From Candidatus Babelota bacterium (GTDB lineage: Bacteria; Babelota; Babeliae; Babelales; UASB340), in contig JAHIKO010000039.1 in assembly GCA_018897535.1 (NCBI GenBank), positions 1 to 40,746 of the forward strand: a stretch of 40,746 bases of DNA. The letters run 5' to 3'. This document shows positions 18,199-26,628 of the stretch, piece after piece. The notes under the pieces were generated by a model that saw only the letters and a program-made list of their open reading frames with translations, did no database searches and had not been told where the DNA came from. Numbering within the stretch: position 1 is the stretch's first letter; every line of letters begins with the position of its first letter. The translations under genes were made by a program, and so were the position numbers.

Positions 18199-19149
18199 AT
18201 GAAAAAATTAATTTGTATTTTATCAGTAATATGTATTTCGGTTTTTATAAAAAATACTTTTTCTATGAATAAAACTTCTAAATTTCCTGAATCAACTTCA
18301 TTAAATGATCTCAGATCATCTTTAAATCCAGAAGATTTTACTAGAACAAAAAATAAAAAAACCAAAAAAACTACTTTAAGAAGACTAAAAAGTTCATCCA
18401 GTATTTTTCCAAAAAATGAAAAAAAATACATAATAATATTAAAAGGCGCACCGGCTACAGGAAAAAGCGAAGTATTAAACGCAATAAAAGACAGTTTTAA
18501 TTCAAAAAAAATTGACTCAGAAATCATATATGTGGGAGAAACATCAACAGAAATTATAAAAGAATTACAAAAAAAAGTTGGTAAAAAATTTAAACTTGCA
18601 GATTTTTTAAAAGAAAAAGAAAATCTTTATTGGTTTCAAACGGAAATAATATTAAGACAACTGGAAAAAGAATCTCAAGCTTTAAAAAATGGAAATATAA
18701 TAATTTTGGATAGATCGCTTATAGATATAAAAGCTTATATTAGCATATATTTTAAAGATGAATTAAAAACTATTAATAAAATAATTAAAAAACAGGATAT
18801 AAAATTAAAAAATTATGAAATAAATTTTTTAGAAGCATTAAAATTACTTGAGGATGCAATTTCTCAAAAACATGAAAATTACAGATATCTTATAATTCCA
18901 TTTAAATCAAAAGAAATAAAAACAAATAAAAAATTCGATGATCCTAATCGAGCTGAAACAAGTACAGAAGAAATAAAAGCAATAGAAAAAAAAATAAATA
19001 AAAAATATGAAAAATATTTAATAAAAAATCCGGAAAAAGATACTGAAGTTTCAGAAGAATTACCTTACACAGAACAAAAAAACCCAATATCTAAAAAAAG
19101 AAAAAGGGCTCAATTAGAAATAGGAAATTTTATAAATAAAAAAACATAA
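18199..19149 (+). CDS. Signal-peptide-bearing P-loop NTPase (AAA_28/NadR-kinase-like), paralogue of the next gene
   Basis: Signal-like N-terminus (LICILSVICISVFIKNTFS), a basic low-complexity linker, Walker A GAPATGKS, and ILDRSLIDIKAY (compare FIDRSIIDTIAY in the next gene). K/E-rich tail with SKKRKRAQ. AAAGGA lies before the ATG. Confidence 0.5.
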   Translation: MKKLICILSVICISVFIKNTFSMNKTSKFPESTSLNDLRSSLNPEDFTRTKNKKTKKTTLRRLKSSSSIFPKNEKKYIIILKGAPATGKSEVLNAIKDSFNSKKIDSEIIYVGETSTEIIKELQKKVGKKFKLADFLKEKENLYWFQTEIILRQLEKESQALKNGNIIILDRSLIDIKAYISIYFKDELKTINKIIKKQDIKLKNYEINFLEALKLLEDAISQKHENYRYLIIPFKSKEIKTNKKFDDPNRAETSTEEIKAIEKKINKKYEKYLIKNPEKDTEVSEELPYTEQKNPISKKRKRAQLEIGNFINKKT

Positions 19150-19158
19150 AACAATTTT

Positions 19159-19755
19159 GTGAAAATTATTATGGAAACAAAACCAACTAAATATGTTTTA
19201 ACCGGCGGGCCATGTACCGGCAAAACTACAACAATTAATCACTTAGGCAAAATGGGTTATCAAACAATTCAAGAGGCCGCAAGTTTACTTATAGAAGAAG
19301 AAATAAAAAACGATATTCCTCTTTGGAAAAAAGATATAATTGCATTTCAAAAAAAATTAATACTAAAACAAATAGAATTTGAATCCCAAATAAATCCCGA
19401 AAAAATAACATTTATAGATAGAAGTATAATAGATACAATAGCTTACTGTAAAATTTTCAAAACCGAACCCACCAAAGAATTTGTTCATTTGGCAAAAACA
19501 CACACATACACAAATATATTCGTTTTAGATTTTTTAAACTTTTACGAAACAAATGAAATAAGACTTGAAAACAAAAAAATAGCTAAAAAAATTCATCAAA
19601 CTTTAATAAATACATATACAGAATTTGGATATGATCCAATTTTTATTCCGGCACTTGAATTATCAGACAGAATAAACTTTATTCTTAGTAAAATTTCAAC
19701 CCAAGCTGTAAATCATTTTCAAGAAACCAGGCATCAAACAAGATTAAATATATAA
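19159..19755 (+). CDS. AAA_28-family P-loop ATPase/kinase (NadR-type nucleoside kinase-like)
   Basis: YVLTGGPCTGKTTTINHL..GYQTIQEAA resembles the predicted-ATPase/RNK family, and DRS.ID..AY follows. The start may be GTG at 19159 or ATG at 19171. Confidence 0.6.
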   Translation: MKIIMETKPTKYVLTGGPCTGKTTTINHLGKMGYQTIQEAASLLIEEEIKNDIPLWKKDIIAFQKKLILKQIEFESQINPEKITFIDRSIIDTIAYCKIFKTEPTKEFVHLAKTHTYTNIFVLDFLNFYETNEIRLENKKIAKKIHQTLINTYTEFGYDPIFIPALELSDRINFILSKISTQAVNHFQETRHQTRLNI

Positions 19756-19770
19756 AAAATTATGCACAAA

Positions 19771-19802
19771 AAAAGGGCTCTTAAATTAATAAGAGCCCTT
19801 TT
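19771..19802. terminator. Bidirectional rho-independent terminator candidate
   Basis: AAAAGGGCTCTTA-aattaa-TAAGAGCCCTTTT hairpin flanked by A and T runs, between convergent genes ending at 19755 (+) and 19825 (-). Confidence 0.6.
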
Positions 19803-19824
19803 GATTTTTACTAAAAGTTAAATT

Positions 19825-20196
19825 TTAGTAGCGACCGCCACGACCACCACCAAAACCACCTCTATCACCACCGTTGCTACGAGGTCCGCCGAAACCGCCG
19901 CGGCTTCCACCACGAGGTCCACCAAAACCACCGCTTCTAGGTCTGTCATTTGTCTTAGGCTTTGCAGGGTTTACTGTAATTGTTCTGCCCTGTACATCTG
20001 TTTCATTCAATGCTTCGATAGCTGCTTGTGCTTGTGCATCATCAGGCATTTCAACAAATCCGAAACCTCTTGATGTTCCTGTGAACTTGTCCATTATTAT
20101 TGTAACTTTTTCAACTGTTCCGTATGCTGCAAAAATATCGCTTAATTCTTCTTCTTTGATACTTCTTGGTAAATTTCCAACGTAAATATTTGTCAT
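19825..20196 (-). CDS. RRM-type RNA-binding protein with a C-terminal RGG/Gly-rich tail
   Basis: RNP2 IYVGNL and RNP1 RGFGFVEM. The tail is RPRSGGFGGPRGGSRGGFGGPRSNGGDRGGFGGGRGGRY. The local GC spike comes from Gly/Arg codons. Confidence 0.9.
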   Translation of the reverse strand: MTNIYVGNLPRSIKEEELSDIFAAYGTVEKVTIIMDKFTGTSRGFGFVEMPDDAQAQAAIEALNETDVQGRTITVNPAKPKTNDRPRSGGFGGPRGGSRGGFGGPRSNGGDRGGFGGGRGGRY

Positions 20197-20433
20197 TTTC
20201 TATATTTCCTTGTAATAAATAAATAATATTCTAAACAAAACCATCCATTTTAAACTTTAATTTAATCTAACTGATTCTTCTAATAAAGCCCTTCCATACA
20301 TTTCAACTAACACTTCTCAGACTTTATTAAGAGACTAATTCTTGAATTAAGCTAGTATCTCCAATATGTCCTACGACCCAATTTCAACCCTCAAATACTA
20401 CCATATTAAAATTAAAATTTCAATAAATACTCT

Positions 20434-21141
20434 CTATTTTAAAGATATTATGGTCGATTGACGCCCAACCCCGCCCTGATTTCTTCTATATGAATGAAAA
20501 CGTTCATCGCAAATTGTACAATTATTATAACTGAAATTAATCTCTTGTTTTAAAACACCAAGTTCCATTAACTTCATCGCAACCAACTTTGAAAGATCAA
20601 AAAACATTTTATCTTCTTTTTTTATAATTACATCTTCAAAAAAAGATATTGTCTCTAAATTTTTAAAAAAATCGGCCTGAATTTCATAACAACAAACATT
20701 AGCGCATGCACCAAAATAAACAGTTAAATCTTTTGTATTTGTTTGATACAATTCTCGCATTTTCTCTACACAGTTTTCTATTATATTTGATATAGCGCCA
20801 CGCCATCCGGAGTGAACTATTCCCAAAGCATGATGAACCGGATCATAAAAAACAACGGGTAAACAATCCGCCGTAAGAACTCCAATTCCAATATTTCGTT
20901 TATTTGTAACTATATAATCTCCGGTAAGCTCAAATAATAACATGTTTTTTTCTAAAAAATTTTGATCAACACAAACTCCGGAATTTCCGTGAACCTGCTT
21001 TAAAAATACAAGTTTCTCCAAATTTAAAGTAGATCCTGTTTTTTCAAAATAGTCGATATTATAATTTCCATCAGATTTTACACAATCATCTTTAATATCG
21101 CCAAAATAAATTTTAAAAGAGGCATCTTCGTGTAAAATCAT
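20434..21141 (-). CDS. pgeF: YfiH/PgeF (YlmD) family purine nucleoside phosphorylase / peptidoglycan editing factor (formerly laccase-domain protein)
   Basis: LKQVHGN, TADCLPV, HSGWRG and the C-terminal C.C.....FHSYRR motifs. It sits directly downstream of ftsZ, as ylmD does in many dcw clusters. Confidence 0.85.
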   Translation of the reverse strand: MILHEDASFKIYFGDIKDDCVKSDGNYNIDYFEKTGSTLNLEKLVFLKQVHGNSGVCVDQNFLEKNMLLFELTGDYIVTNKRNIGIGVLTADCLPVVFYDPVHHALGIVHSGWRGAISNIIENCVEKMRELYQTNTKDLTVYFGACANVCCYEIQADFFKNLETISFFEDVIIKKEDKMFFDLSKLVAMKLMELGVLKQEINFSYNNCTICDERFHSYRRNQGGVGRQSTIISLK

Positions 21142-21228
21142 AAAAACCTTTCAATAAAAAAGGGCTACCTAAAATATGTTGTAATTTATGTATAATTAAA
21201 ATAATTTTAAATAGCCCAAATCAAAAAA

Positions 21229-22479
21229 TTAAATATTTACCAGGTTGTCATTACTTTCGTCTTTTTCTTGCATTTTTCTAAACGTATCTTCTTCTGCTTT
21301 TTTTCTTAAAAATGTTGGTGTATCCAAATCTTGTAAATCAAAAGACTGCATAGATATATTACTTGGTGTGATTTTAAAATCAATATCTTCAATATTTTCT
21401 TCAATTTTTGGTTCTTCTAAATTTATACTGTTTACTTGATTAATTTCTTGCTTAAAATTGGCAACTTGTTGCTTTTGCTGATCTTTGACTGCAGGTTTAA
21501 AATCTTGAGGTTTTGTTTCAAATCCGGTTGCAATAACCGTTATCATAATTTCATTACCAATAGAAGGATCTATTACGGAACCCAATATAATTTGAGCATC
21601 AGGACTTACCATATCATGAATTAATGTTGCAGCTTCATTGATTTCTTGTAACCCTAAATCCGTATTTCCCGTAATATTAATAAGAACACCTTTGGCGCCC
21701 TTTATACTCATATCTTCCAATAATGGAGAATTAATTGCCTTAAGAACAGCATTTTTAGCTCGACCTTCACCATCAGCTCGACCTATGCCCATAATAGCCA
21801 TACCCATATCTTTCATAACTTCTTTAACATCTGCAAAATCTACGTTAATATGGCCGGATTTCGTGATTATATCAGAAATACCTTTCACGGCATTTTTTAA
21901 AACATCATCTGACATAGCAAAAGCATTAAGCATAGATATTTTTGGATCCGCCGTTTCTAACAATTTTTGATTGGGAACTATTATTAATGTATCAACGGCT
22001 CCTTGTAAATTTTTTATTGCCTCTTGCGCATGCAATAAACGCCTATTACCTTCAAAATTAAATGGAGTTGCTACAACGGCAACAGTTAAAATCCCCATAT
22101 CTTTTGCAGATTTAGCTATTACAGGCAACGCACCGGATCCGGTTCCGCCACCAAGACCCGCGGTCAAAAATAAAATATCCGAACTTGAAATTTTTTCCAA
22201 AATAAAATCTAAATCTTCTTCAGCGGCTCGTTTTCCAACTTCCGGTTTGGCACCGGCACCTAATCCCTTTGTTATTTTTGCACCAAGCTGTAATTTTTCA
22301 TTTGCTAAAGACATATTTAAAGCTTGAGCATCGGTATTTGCAACTAAAAACTCAACTCTTTCCAACTCACCACAATTAATCATGCTATTTACAGCATTTC
22401 CGCCGGCTCCTCCGATACCCAAAACTTTTAAATTTGCACCTAAATTTTCATTTTTTTCTTCAACTGCTAGCTGTATCAT
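21229..22479 (-). CDS. ftsZ: Cell division protein FtsZ
   Basis: IGGAGGNAVN and the tubulin signature GGGTGSGALPV; NFEG also present. Start set to the ATG preceded by AAGGGAG rather than the upstream TTG used in the ORF track (22494). Confidence 0.95.
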   Translation of the reverse strand: MIQLAVEEKNENLGANLKVLGIGGAGGNAVNSMINCGELERVEFLVANTDAQALNMSLANEKLQLGAKITKGLGAGAKPEVGKRAAEEDLDFILEKISSSDILFLTAGLGGGTGSGALPVIAKSAKDMGILTVAVVATPFNFEGNRRLLHAQEAIKNLQGAVDTLIIVPNQKLLETADPKISMLNAFAMSDDVLKNAVKGISDIITKSGHINVDFADVKEVMKDMGMAIMGIGRADGEGRAKNAVLKAINSPLLEDMSIKGAKGVLINITGNTDLGLQEINEAATLIHDMVSPDAQIILGSVIDPSIGNEIMITVIATGFETKPQDFKPAVKDQQKQQVANFKQEINQVNSINLEEPKIEENIEDIDFKITPSNISMQSFDLQDLDTPTFLRKKAEEDTFRKMQEKDESNDNLVNI

Positions 22480-22506
22480 AAAACTCCCTTTCAACTACCC
22501 TTTTGA

Positions 22507-23775
22507 CTAAATAAAATCATAAATCCAAGATTTCATTTTCTTAAAAACTTTTTTAAATGCAGGTTCATTTTGCGAAGCACTAAAATCCAAATCATTATGT
22601 CCTCCGGCATAAACCAATAATCCATATCCGGTAGAATAAATTGGATTTTTCAACTCTTCAGGAACCGAATTTTGTATTAATCCCAAATCATCTTGAATTT
22701 TATCCGGATAACCAATCCTTACAGGTAATCCAAAACGCTTTTCAGCTAAATCTGCCATACCTAAAAGCATTGAACCTCCACCGGTCAAAACCAAACCCGA
22801 AGGCATAAATGCTTTTAAATTAAATTTAACAAGTTCATCACATATAAAATCAAAAATTTCTTCCGCTCTTGGCTGTAATATTTCAAATGTTGAAAAAGTT
22901 TCTATTTTTTTTGTTTTATTTTGATAACCAAGCCGAATTTCAATTTTATCTTTATCAAGTTCCAAATATTTCTCTTCCCAAACAAAACCATATTTTTTCT
23001 TCAATTCTTCAGCTTCACCAATTGGTATGCCTAGGCCAACAGCAAGATCGTTTGTAAAATGATTTCCGGCAATAGGAACTACTTTAGAGTGAATAATTCT
23101 TCCATCTTTATAAATCGCAAAATCCGATGTGCCGCCACCGATATCCAAAATACCTACACCAAGTTCTTTTTCAGATTTTGAAAGCACCGCATCAGCAGAA
23201 GCTATTTGTTCTAAAACAATATCTGAAACTTTAATTCCAGCCATTTCGCAGGACTTTATAATATTTTGAGCCGAAGAAATTGCACCGGTTATAATATGAA
23301 CTTGTGCTTCCAAACGAACACCGTTCATACCAATTGAGTCAAGAATTCTATCTTGACCATCAACCTTAAAATATTGTGTTAAAACATGTAAGATTTCCTG
23401 ATCTTTAGGTATTGGAACAGCCTTTGCAGCCTCAATAACTCTATCAATATCTTCCTGTTTTACATCGCTATTTTTTATAGCAACCACACCGGTGGAATTA
23501 AAAGATTTAATATGTCCGCCTGAAATACCAACGGTTGCATATTCAACCTTACAACCGGCCATTTGTTCTGCCTGAGCTAACGCTTTTGAAATCGATTCAA
23601 CCGTTTTTGCTATATTTACAACAACTCCCTTTTTCAATCCATAAGAAGGATATTGTCCAATTCCCAATAACTCAAGATTTCCATCAGGAGAATTTGTACC
23701 AATAAGAACACATATCTTTGTTGTTCCTATATCTATAGCTGTAAAAACATTACTAAAAATTTTATTTGATTTCAT
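22507..23775 (-). CDS. ftsA: Cell division protein FtsA
   Basis: Actin-like ATPase motifs: AIDIGTTKI, ILDIGGGTSD, LTGGGS. Lies between ftsQ and ftsZ. Confidence 0.95.
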   Translation of the reverse strand: MKSNKIFSNVFTAIDIGTTKICVLIGTNSPDGNLELLGIGQYPSYGLKKGVVVNIAKTVESISKALAQAEQMAGCKVEYATVGISGGHIKSFNSTGVVAIKNSDVKQEDIDRVIEAAKAVPIPKDQEILHVLTQYFKVDGQDRILDSIGMNGVRLEAQVHIITGAISSAQNIIKSCEMAGIKVSDIVLEQIASADAVLSKSEKELGVGILDIGGGTSDFAIYKDGRIIHSKVVPIAGNHFTNDLAVGLGIPIGEAEELKKKYGFVWEEKYLELDKDKIEIRLGYQNKTKKIETFSTFEILQPRAEEIFDFICDELVKFNLKAFMPSGLVLTGGGSMLLGMADLAEKRFGLPVRIGYPDKIQDDLGLIQNSVPEELKNPIYSTGYGLLVYAGGHNDLDFSASQNEPAFKKVFKKMKSWIYDFI

Positions 23776-23783
23776 GCCCCCCC

Positions 23784-24563
23784 CTATCGTTCAATTTTTT
23801 TATTTCTTAGTAAAATTTTATTTTCATATCGTAAATCCAAAACATACTTTTTTCTTAAATTTATTTTTTTATCATCATATAAATCATTAAATATTTTATT
23901 AGCCAAAAATAATTTTTTATTATCAAATATAGTTTTTCTATCCAGTAAAAAATTATAATTTAATTTATTGTTGTTTAGTTTTGCAAATAATAAAATATTG
24001 TTTTTATCTTTGTAATCCAACTTATAATTACACCAAATGTGTTCAGGTAATTCACTTAAAAAAGAAAATGCTTTATTTGATAAATCCTTTTCTAAAATCA
24101 ACTCTTTTGTTACTGTAAATGTATATTCACTAAAATATTTTGTATCTAAAATTGAATTATCTTGAGCCAATACAGACTGATTATTAAGCCAACAAACAAC
24201 TTGTTTTCCTATTATTTTTAAATTTGCATTTCCGGGAACGGAAAAATTCCATTCAACGTTTTTTATAAAATCAAATTTATTTTTTAATTGAGTACTAAAA
24301 TCAAGCAAATCTATTTTATCTACTTTATTTTCTTGAAAATAATTTGTGATAAAATACGTTATATTTTCTTTTAATTCAAAAGAATGTATCGATTCAAAAG
24401 ATAAAACAATATTATCGGGCCTTAAAATTTTTAAGGTTTTATCAGAAATAGAAAAAAATATTTTTTTTGATAATGGAACTATAATAAAAAATAATATAAT
24501 TAATAAAGATAAAATAAATATTACTATTCCAATTTTTTTCTTCTTATTATTATTCTCTTCCAT
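23784..24563 (-). CDS. ftsQ: FtsQ/DivIB-like cell division protein
   Basis: Bitopic layout: basic N-terminus, one TM helix (IGIVIFILSLLIILFFIIV), then an extracytoplasmic domain. Sits immediately upstream of ftsA. The sequence is highly diverged, so the call rests mainly on position and topology. Confidence 0.55.
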   Translation of the reverse strand: MEENNNKKKKIGIVIFILSLLIILFFIIVPLSKKIFFSISDKTLKILRPDNIVLSFESIHSFELKENITYFITNYFQENKVDKIDLLDFSTQLKNKFDFIKNVEWNFSVPGNANLKIIGKQVVCWLNNQSVLAQDNSILDTKYFSEYTFTVTKELILEKDLSNKAFSFLSELPEHIWCNYKLDYKDKNNILLFAKLNNNKLNYNFLLDRKTIFDNKKLFLANKIFNDLYDDKKINLRKKYVLDLRYENKILLRNKKIER

Positions 24564-24692
24564 TTTGCATCCATTTTTTATTTTTTAATAAAAACTACAG
24601 GTTTGCAGAAAGAGTGTAGAAAAAAATAAACTATTTTCGCAATAAATTAAGTTTTTTTATAAGAAATAGTAAGTTTTGTCGTTTAATTTCAT

Positions 24693-25430
24693 TCAAGAAT
24701 TATGCTTTAATAAAAACATTAAAATTCCTGCCGCAACAGAAGCATTGTAAGAAATTTCAGGGGAACGTTGTGGAATTGTAATTAAAGTACCCTTATCTTG
24801 AACAGATTTTGATATTCCTGTTTCTTCACTGCCTATAACAAGACAAATAGGCTTTTTATAACTTATAGTTGTTGCATCTTTACCATTATCCAAAACAGCC
24901 ATAAAAAAATTAAAACCCAAAGAATCTATCTGGCTTACTGCATACTCTATTGATGGAGCTAAAAAAACATCTAAATATTCTACCAGTCCGGCCGAAGCTT
25001 TGTGAGTTGCCGCAGTTATTAATGCTCCATTTTTTTGGCATAAAATAACAGCATCAACACCTATACATGATGCAGAACGTAAAATTGCTCCAAGATTTCT
25101 AACATCTTTTACTCCGTCCAATAATAAAACGAAGTTTTTACCGGCAATTTTTTTAAGATCCGTCATATATTGAAATGGTGCAACTAAGGCAACTATACCC
25201 ATATGATCGGTAGTTCCGGCCATTCTATCAAGAACTAATCGATCAACATATTGAATATTAGGAACACTTTTTGGCAAATATTGCTCAACTCTTTTGTAGG
25301 ATTTAGGTAATTGTTTTGTTGTATATATGGAAAAAAGCTTTCTTTTTCTTGATTTTAGCAATTCTATAATACTATGAGCACCATAAATCATATCCATCTG
25401 ATTTTGTTTTTTATTTTCTTTGTTTGCCAT
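24693..25430 (-). CDS. rlmB: SpoU/TrmH-family rRNA 2'-O-methyltransferase (RlmB-like)
   Basis: N-terminal SpoU_sub_bind-like segment (IYGAHSIIELL). SPOUT motifs LDGV.D.RNLGAI.RSA, LVIGSEETGIS, IP and SYNASVAAGI. Confidence 0.8.
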   Translation of the reverse strand: MANKENKKQNQMDMIYGAHSIIELLKSRKRKLFSIYTTKQLPKSYKRVEQYLPKSVPNIQYVDRLVLDRMAGTTDHMGIVALVAPFQYMTDLKKIAGKNFVLLLDGVKDVRNLGAILRSASCIGVDAVILCQKNGALITAATHKASAGLVEYLDVFLAPSIEYAVSQIDSLGFNFFMAVLDNGKDATTISYKKPICLVIGSEETGISKSVQDKGTLITIPQRSPEISYNASVAAGILMFLLKHNS

Positions 25431-25563
25431 ATTTTAATCTTTTTATATCTTCACAAAATTAAATTAATAGTTATTTTAAACTTTATACAACACAGTCTAT
25501 ATTAAAAATTTAAAGCTTACAAAAGCCAATAAACTAAATATCTAATTAAAAAAAAGGGCAAAT

Positions 25564-26259
25564 ATGTATATTTTAGAAGGCAATATTGGAGCAGGAAAAT
25601 CCACCTTTTTAAATAAAATAAAAGACTATATACCTGAACTTGAAATTTTGACTGAACCGGTAAACAATTGGACCAATCAAATATTTGGCCAATCTTTGCT
25701 TGAAAATTTTTATAAAGATACTTCCAGATGGGCTTATACTTTAGAAAATTTGGCTATGATTCATAGAGTAAAAGATCACATAGAAATACAAAATAGCAAA
25801 AATGAAAATATTGTTATTGAACGATCTATCTATTCCGGTCACTATTGTTTTTCTAAAAATAGTTACAAAAACGGACATTTAACTGAAATTGAATGGGAAA
25901 TATATTCAAAATGGGCCAATTTTTTATTAAAAAGCTGCAATACACCTAAAGGTTTTATATATCTTAAAGCAGACGCTCAAACATGTATGACCAGAATAAA
26001 AAAAAGAAATAGATTGAGTGAAAAAAAGATGACATTATCTTATGTAAAACAAATTGAAGACTGGCACGAAAAATTTCTAATCAAAAAAGAAGATATCCAT
26101 GAAAGCTTAATTAATGTTCCTGTGCTAACATTGGATTGTAATAAAGATTTTTTAGAAGACGAATCTTTACTAAAAGAACATATGTATAATGTAAGAGAAT
26201 TTATACAAAGACCACAAATTTTTAAAAACACACAAGAAAAAACAGCTTTTTTTGAATAG
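25564..26259 (+). CDS. Deoxynucleoside kinase (dAK/dGK/dCK family)
   Basis: P-loop ILEGNIGAGKST, then EPV..W, then ERS...D..F. Arg-rich lid RIKKRNR.SE. Confidence 0.85.
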   Translation: MYILEGNIGAGKSTFLNKIKDYIPELEILTEPVNNWTNQIFGQSLLENFYKDTSRWAYTLENLAMIHRVKDHIEIQNSKNENIVIERSIYSGHYCFSKNSYKNGHLTEIEWEIYSKWANFLLKSCNTPKGFIYLKADAQTCMTRIKKRNRLSEKKMTLSYVKQIEDWHEKFLIKKEDIHESLINVPVLTLDCNKDFLEDESLLKEHMYNVREFIQRPQIFKNTQEKTAFFE

Positions 26260-26264
26260 AATCT

Positions 26265-26293
26265 TTGACTTGTTGTTTTTTTTACTTTAAAAT
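26265..26293 (+). promoter_or_regulatory. Candidate sigma70-type promoter of the Val-Asn-Asp tRNA operon
   Basis: TTGACT, a 17-nt spacer, then TAAAAT, ending 13 nt before tRNA-Val. Confidence 0.45.
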
Positions 26294-26306
26294 TTATGTG
26301 CATTTA

Positions 26307-26383
26307 GGGCGAATAGCTCAGTTGGTTAGAGCACCTGCCTTACAAGCAGGGGGTCGTAGGTTCGAATCCTACTTCGCCCACCA
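26307..26383 (+). tRNA. tRNA-Val (anticodon UAC), CCA encoded
   Basis: GGGCGAATAGCTCAGTTGGTTAGAGCACCTGCCTTACAAGCAGGGGGTCGTAGGTTCGAATCCTACTTCGCCCACCA. Anticodon stem CCTGC/GCAGG, loop CTTACAA. Confidence 0.9.
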
Positions 26384-26415
26384 GCCTACGCACAAGGCTA
26401 CGGCTGGCAGGCCAG
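26384..26415 (+). repeat. GC-rich tRNA-Val 3' trailer box
   Basis: GCCTACGCACAAGGCTACGGCTGGCAGGCCAG. It shares CTACGC and the exact 13-mer GGCTGGCAGGCCA with the tRNA-Lys trailer. CTGGCAGGCCAG recurs at 26547..26558, and a degenerate copy (CTGGCAGACCAG) lies at 26570..26581. Confidence 0.6.
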
Positions 26416-26457
26416 AAATATGATCTTTATTGATATTATTAGAAAATTTGACGTAGG

Positions 26458-26541
26458 CTGTCCGCCATAGCTCGCCAGAGCGACGGCTGGACCAGTTTCT
26501 TCGCCAAGGCTTCCGCCGTCGCAAAAAGCTATGGCGGACAG
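26458..26541 (+). other. 84-nt GC-rich extended hairpin in the tRNA operon spacer (candidate structured RNA or palindromic element)
   Basis: A perfect 15-bp stem, CTGTCCGCCATAGCT (26458..26472) with AGCTATGGCGGACAG (26527..26541). A perfect inner 8-bp stem, GCGACGGC (26480..26487) with GCCGTCGC (26515..26522). The 27-nt apical region can pair further (GGACC/GG..TCC). G+C is far above the surroundings. Confidence 0.5.
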
Positions 26542-26628
26542 GTCGACTGGCAGGCCAGCAAAGTATAAACTGGCAGACCAGAAAAAATTTGCAAAAAAAT
26601 TAGTACTTTGATAATTTAGTGTAAATGT

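Noticed and set aside
18138-18527. 129-aa minus-strand ORF, and short plus-strand ORFs at 17957..18272.
   Set aside because: They overlap the divergent promoter region and the 5' end of the 18199..19149 gene. They are phenylalanine/leucine-rich translations of AT-rich DNA with no Shine-Dalgarno.
19874-20185. 103-aa plus-strand ORF (PPKPPRLPPRGPPKPP...).
   Set aside because: It is the mirror image of the Gly/Arg-rich RRM protein gene. The RRM motifs clearly identify the minus strand as coding.
21245-22327. Four plus-strand ORFs (62-118 aa) within the ftsZ region.
   Set aside because: All are antisense to an unmistakable ftsZ. They are low-complexity translations without starts in a sensible context.
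26458-26541. The idea that the GC-rich hairpin is the small SRP (4.5S) RNA. It is the right size, hairpin-shaped and next to tRNAs, and GCCAAGGC and CTGGCAGG resemble stretches of E. coli 4.5S.
   Set aside because: On neither strand could I place the conserved helix-8 core: a GNRA tetraloop closed by CC/GG, with the flanking AGCA/GGAA-type loops. The GGCGGAAGCC on the minus strand conflicts with the perfect 8-bp stem. The idea remains testable with a covariance model.
26404-26558. The idea that the direct repeats CTGGCAGGCCAG flanking about 130 nt next to a tRNA gene are att sites of an integrated element.
   Set aside because: The enclosed segment is only about 130 nt. It encodes nothing and has no terminal inverted repeats, and no integrase or transposase gene lies anywhere in the window.
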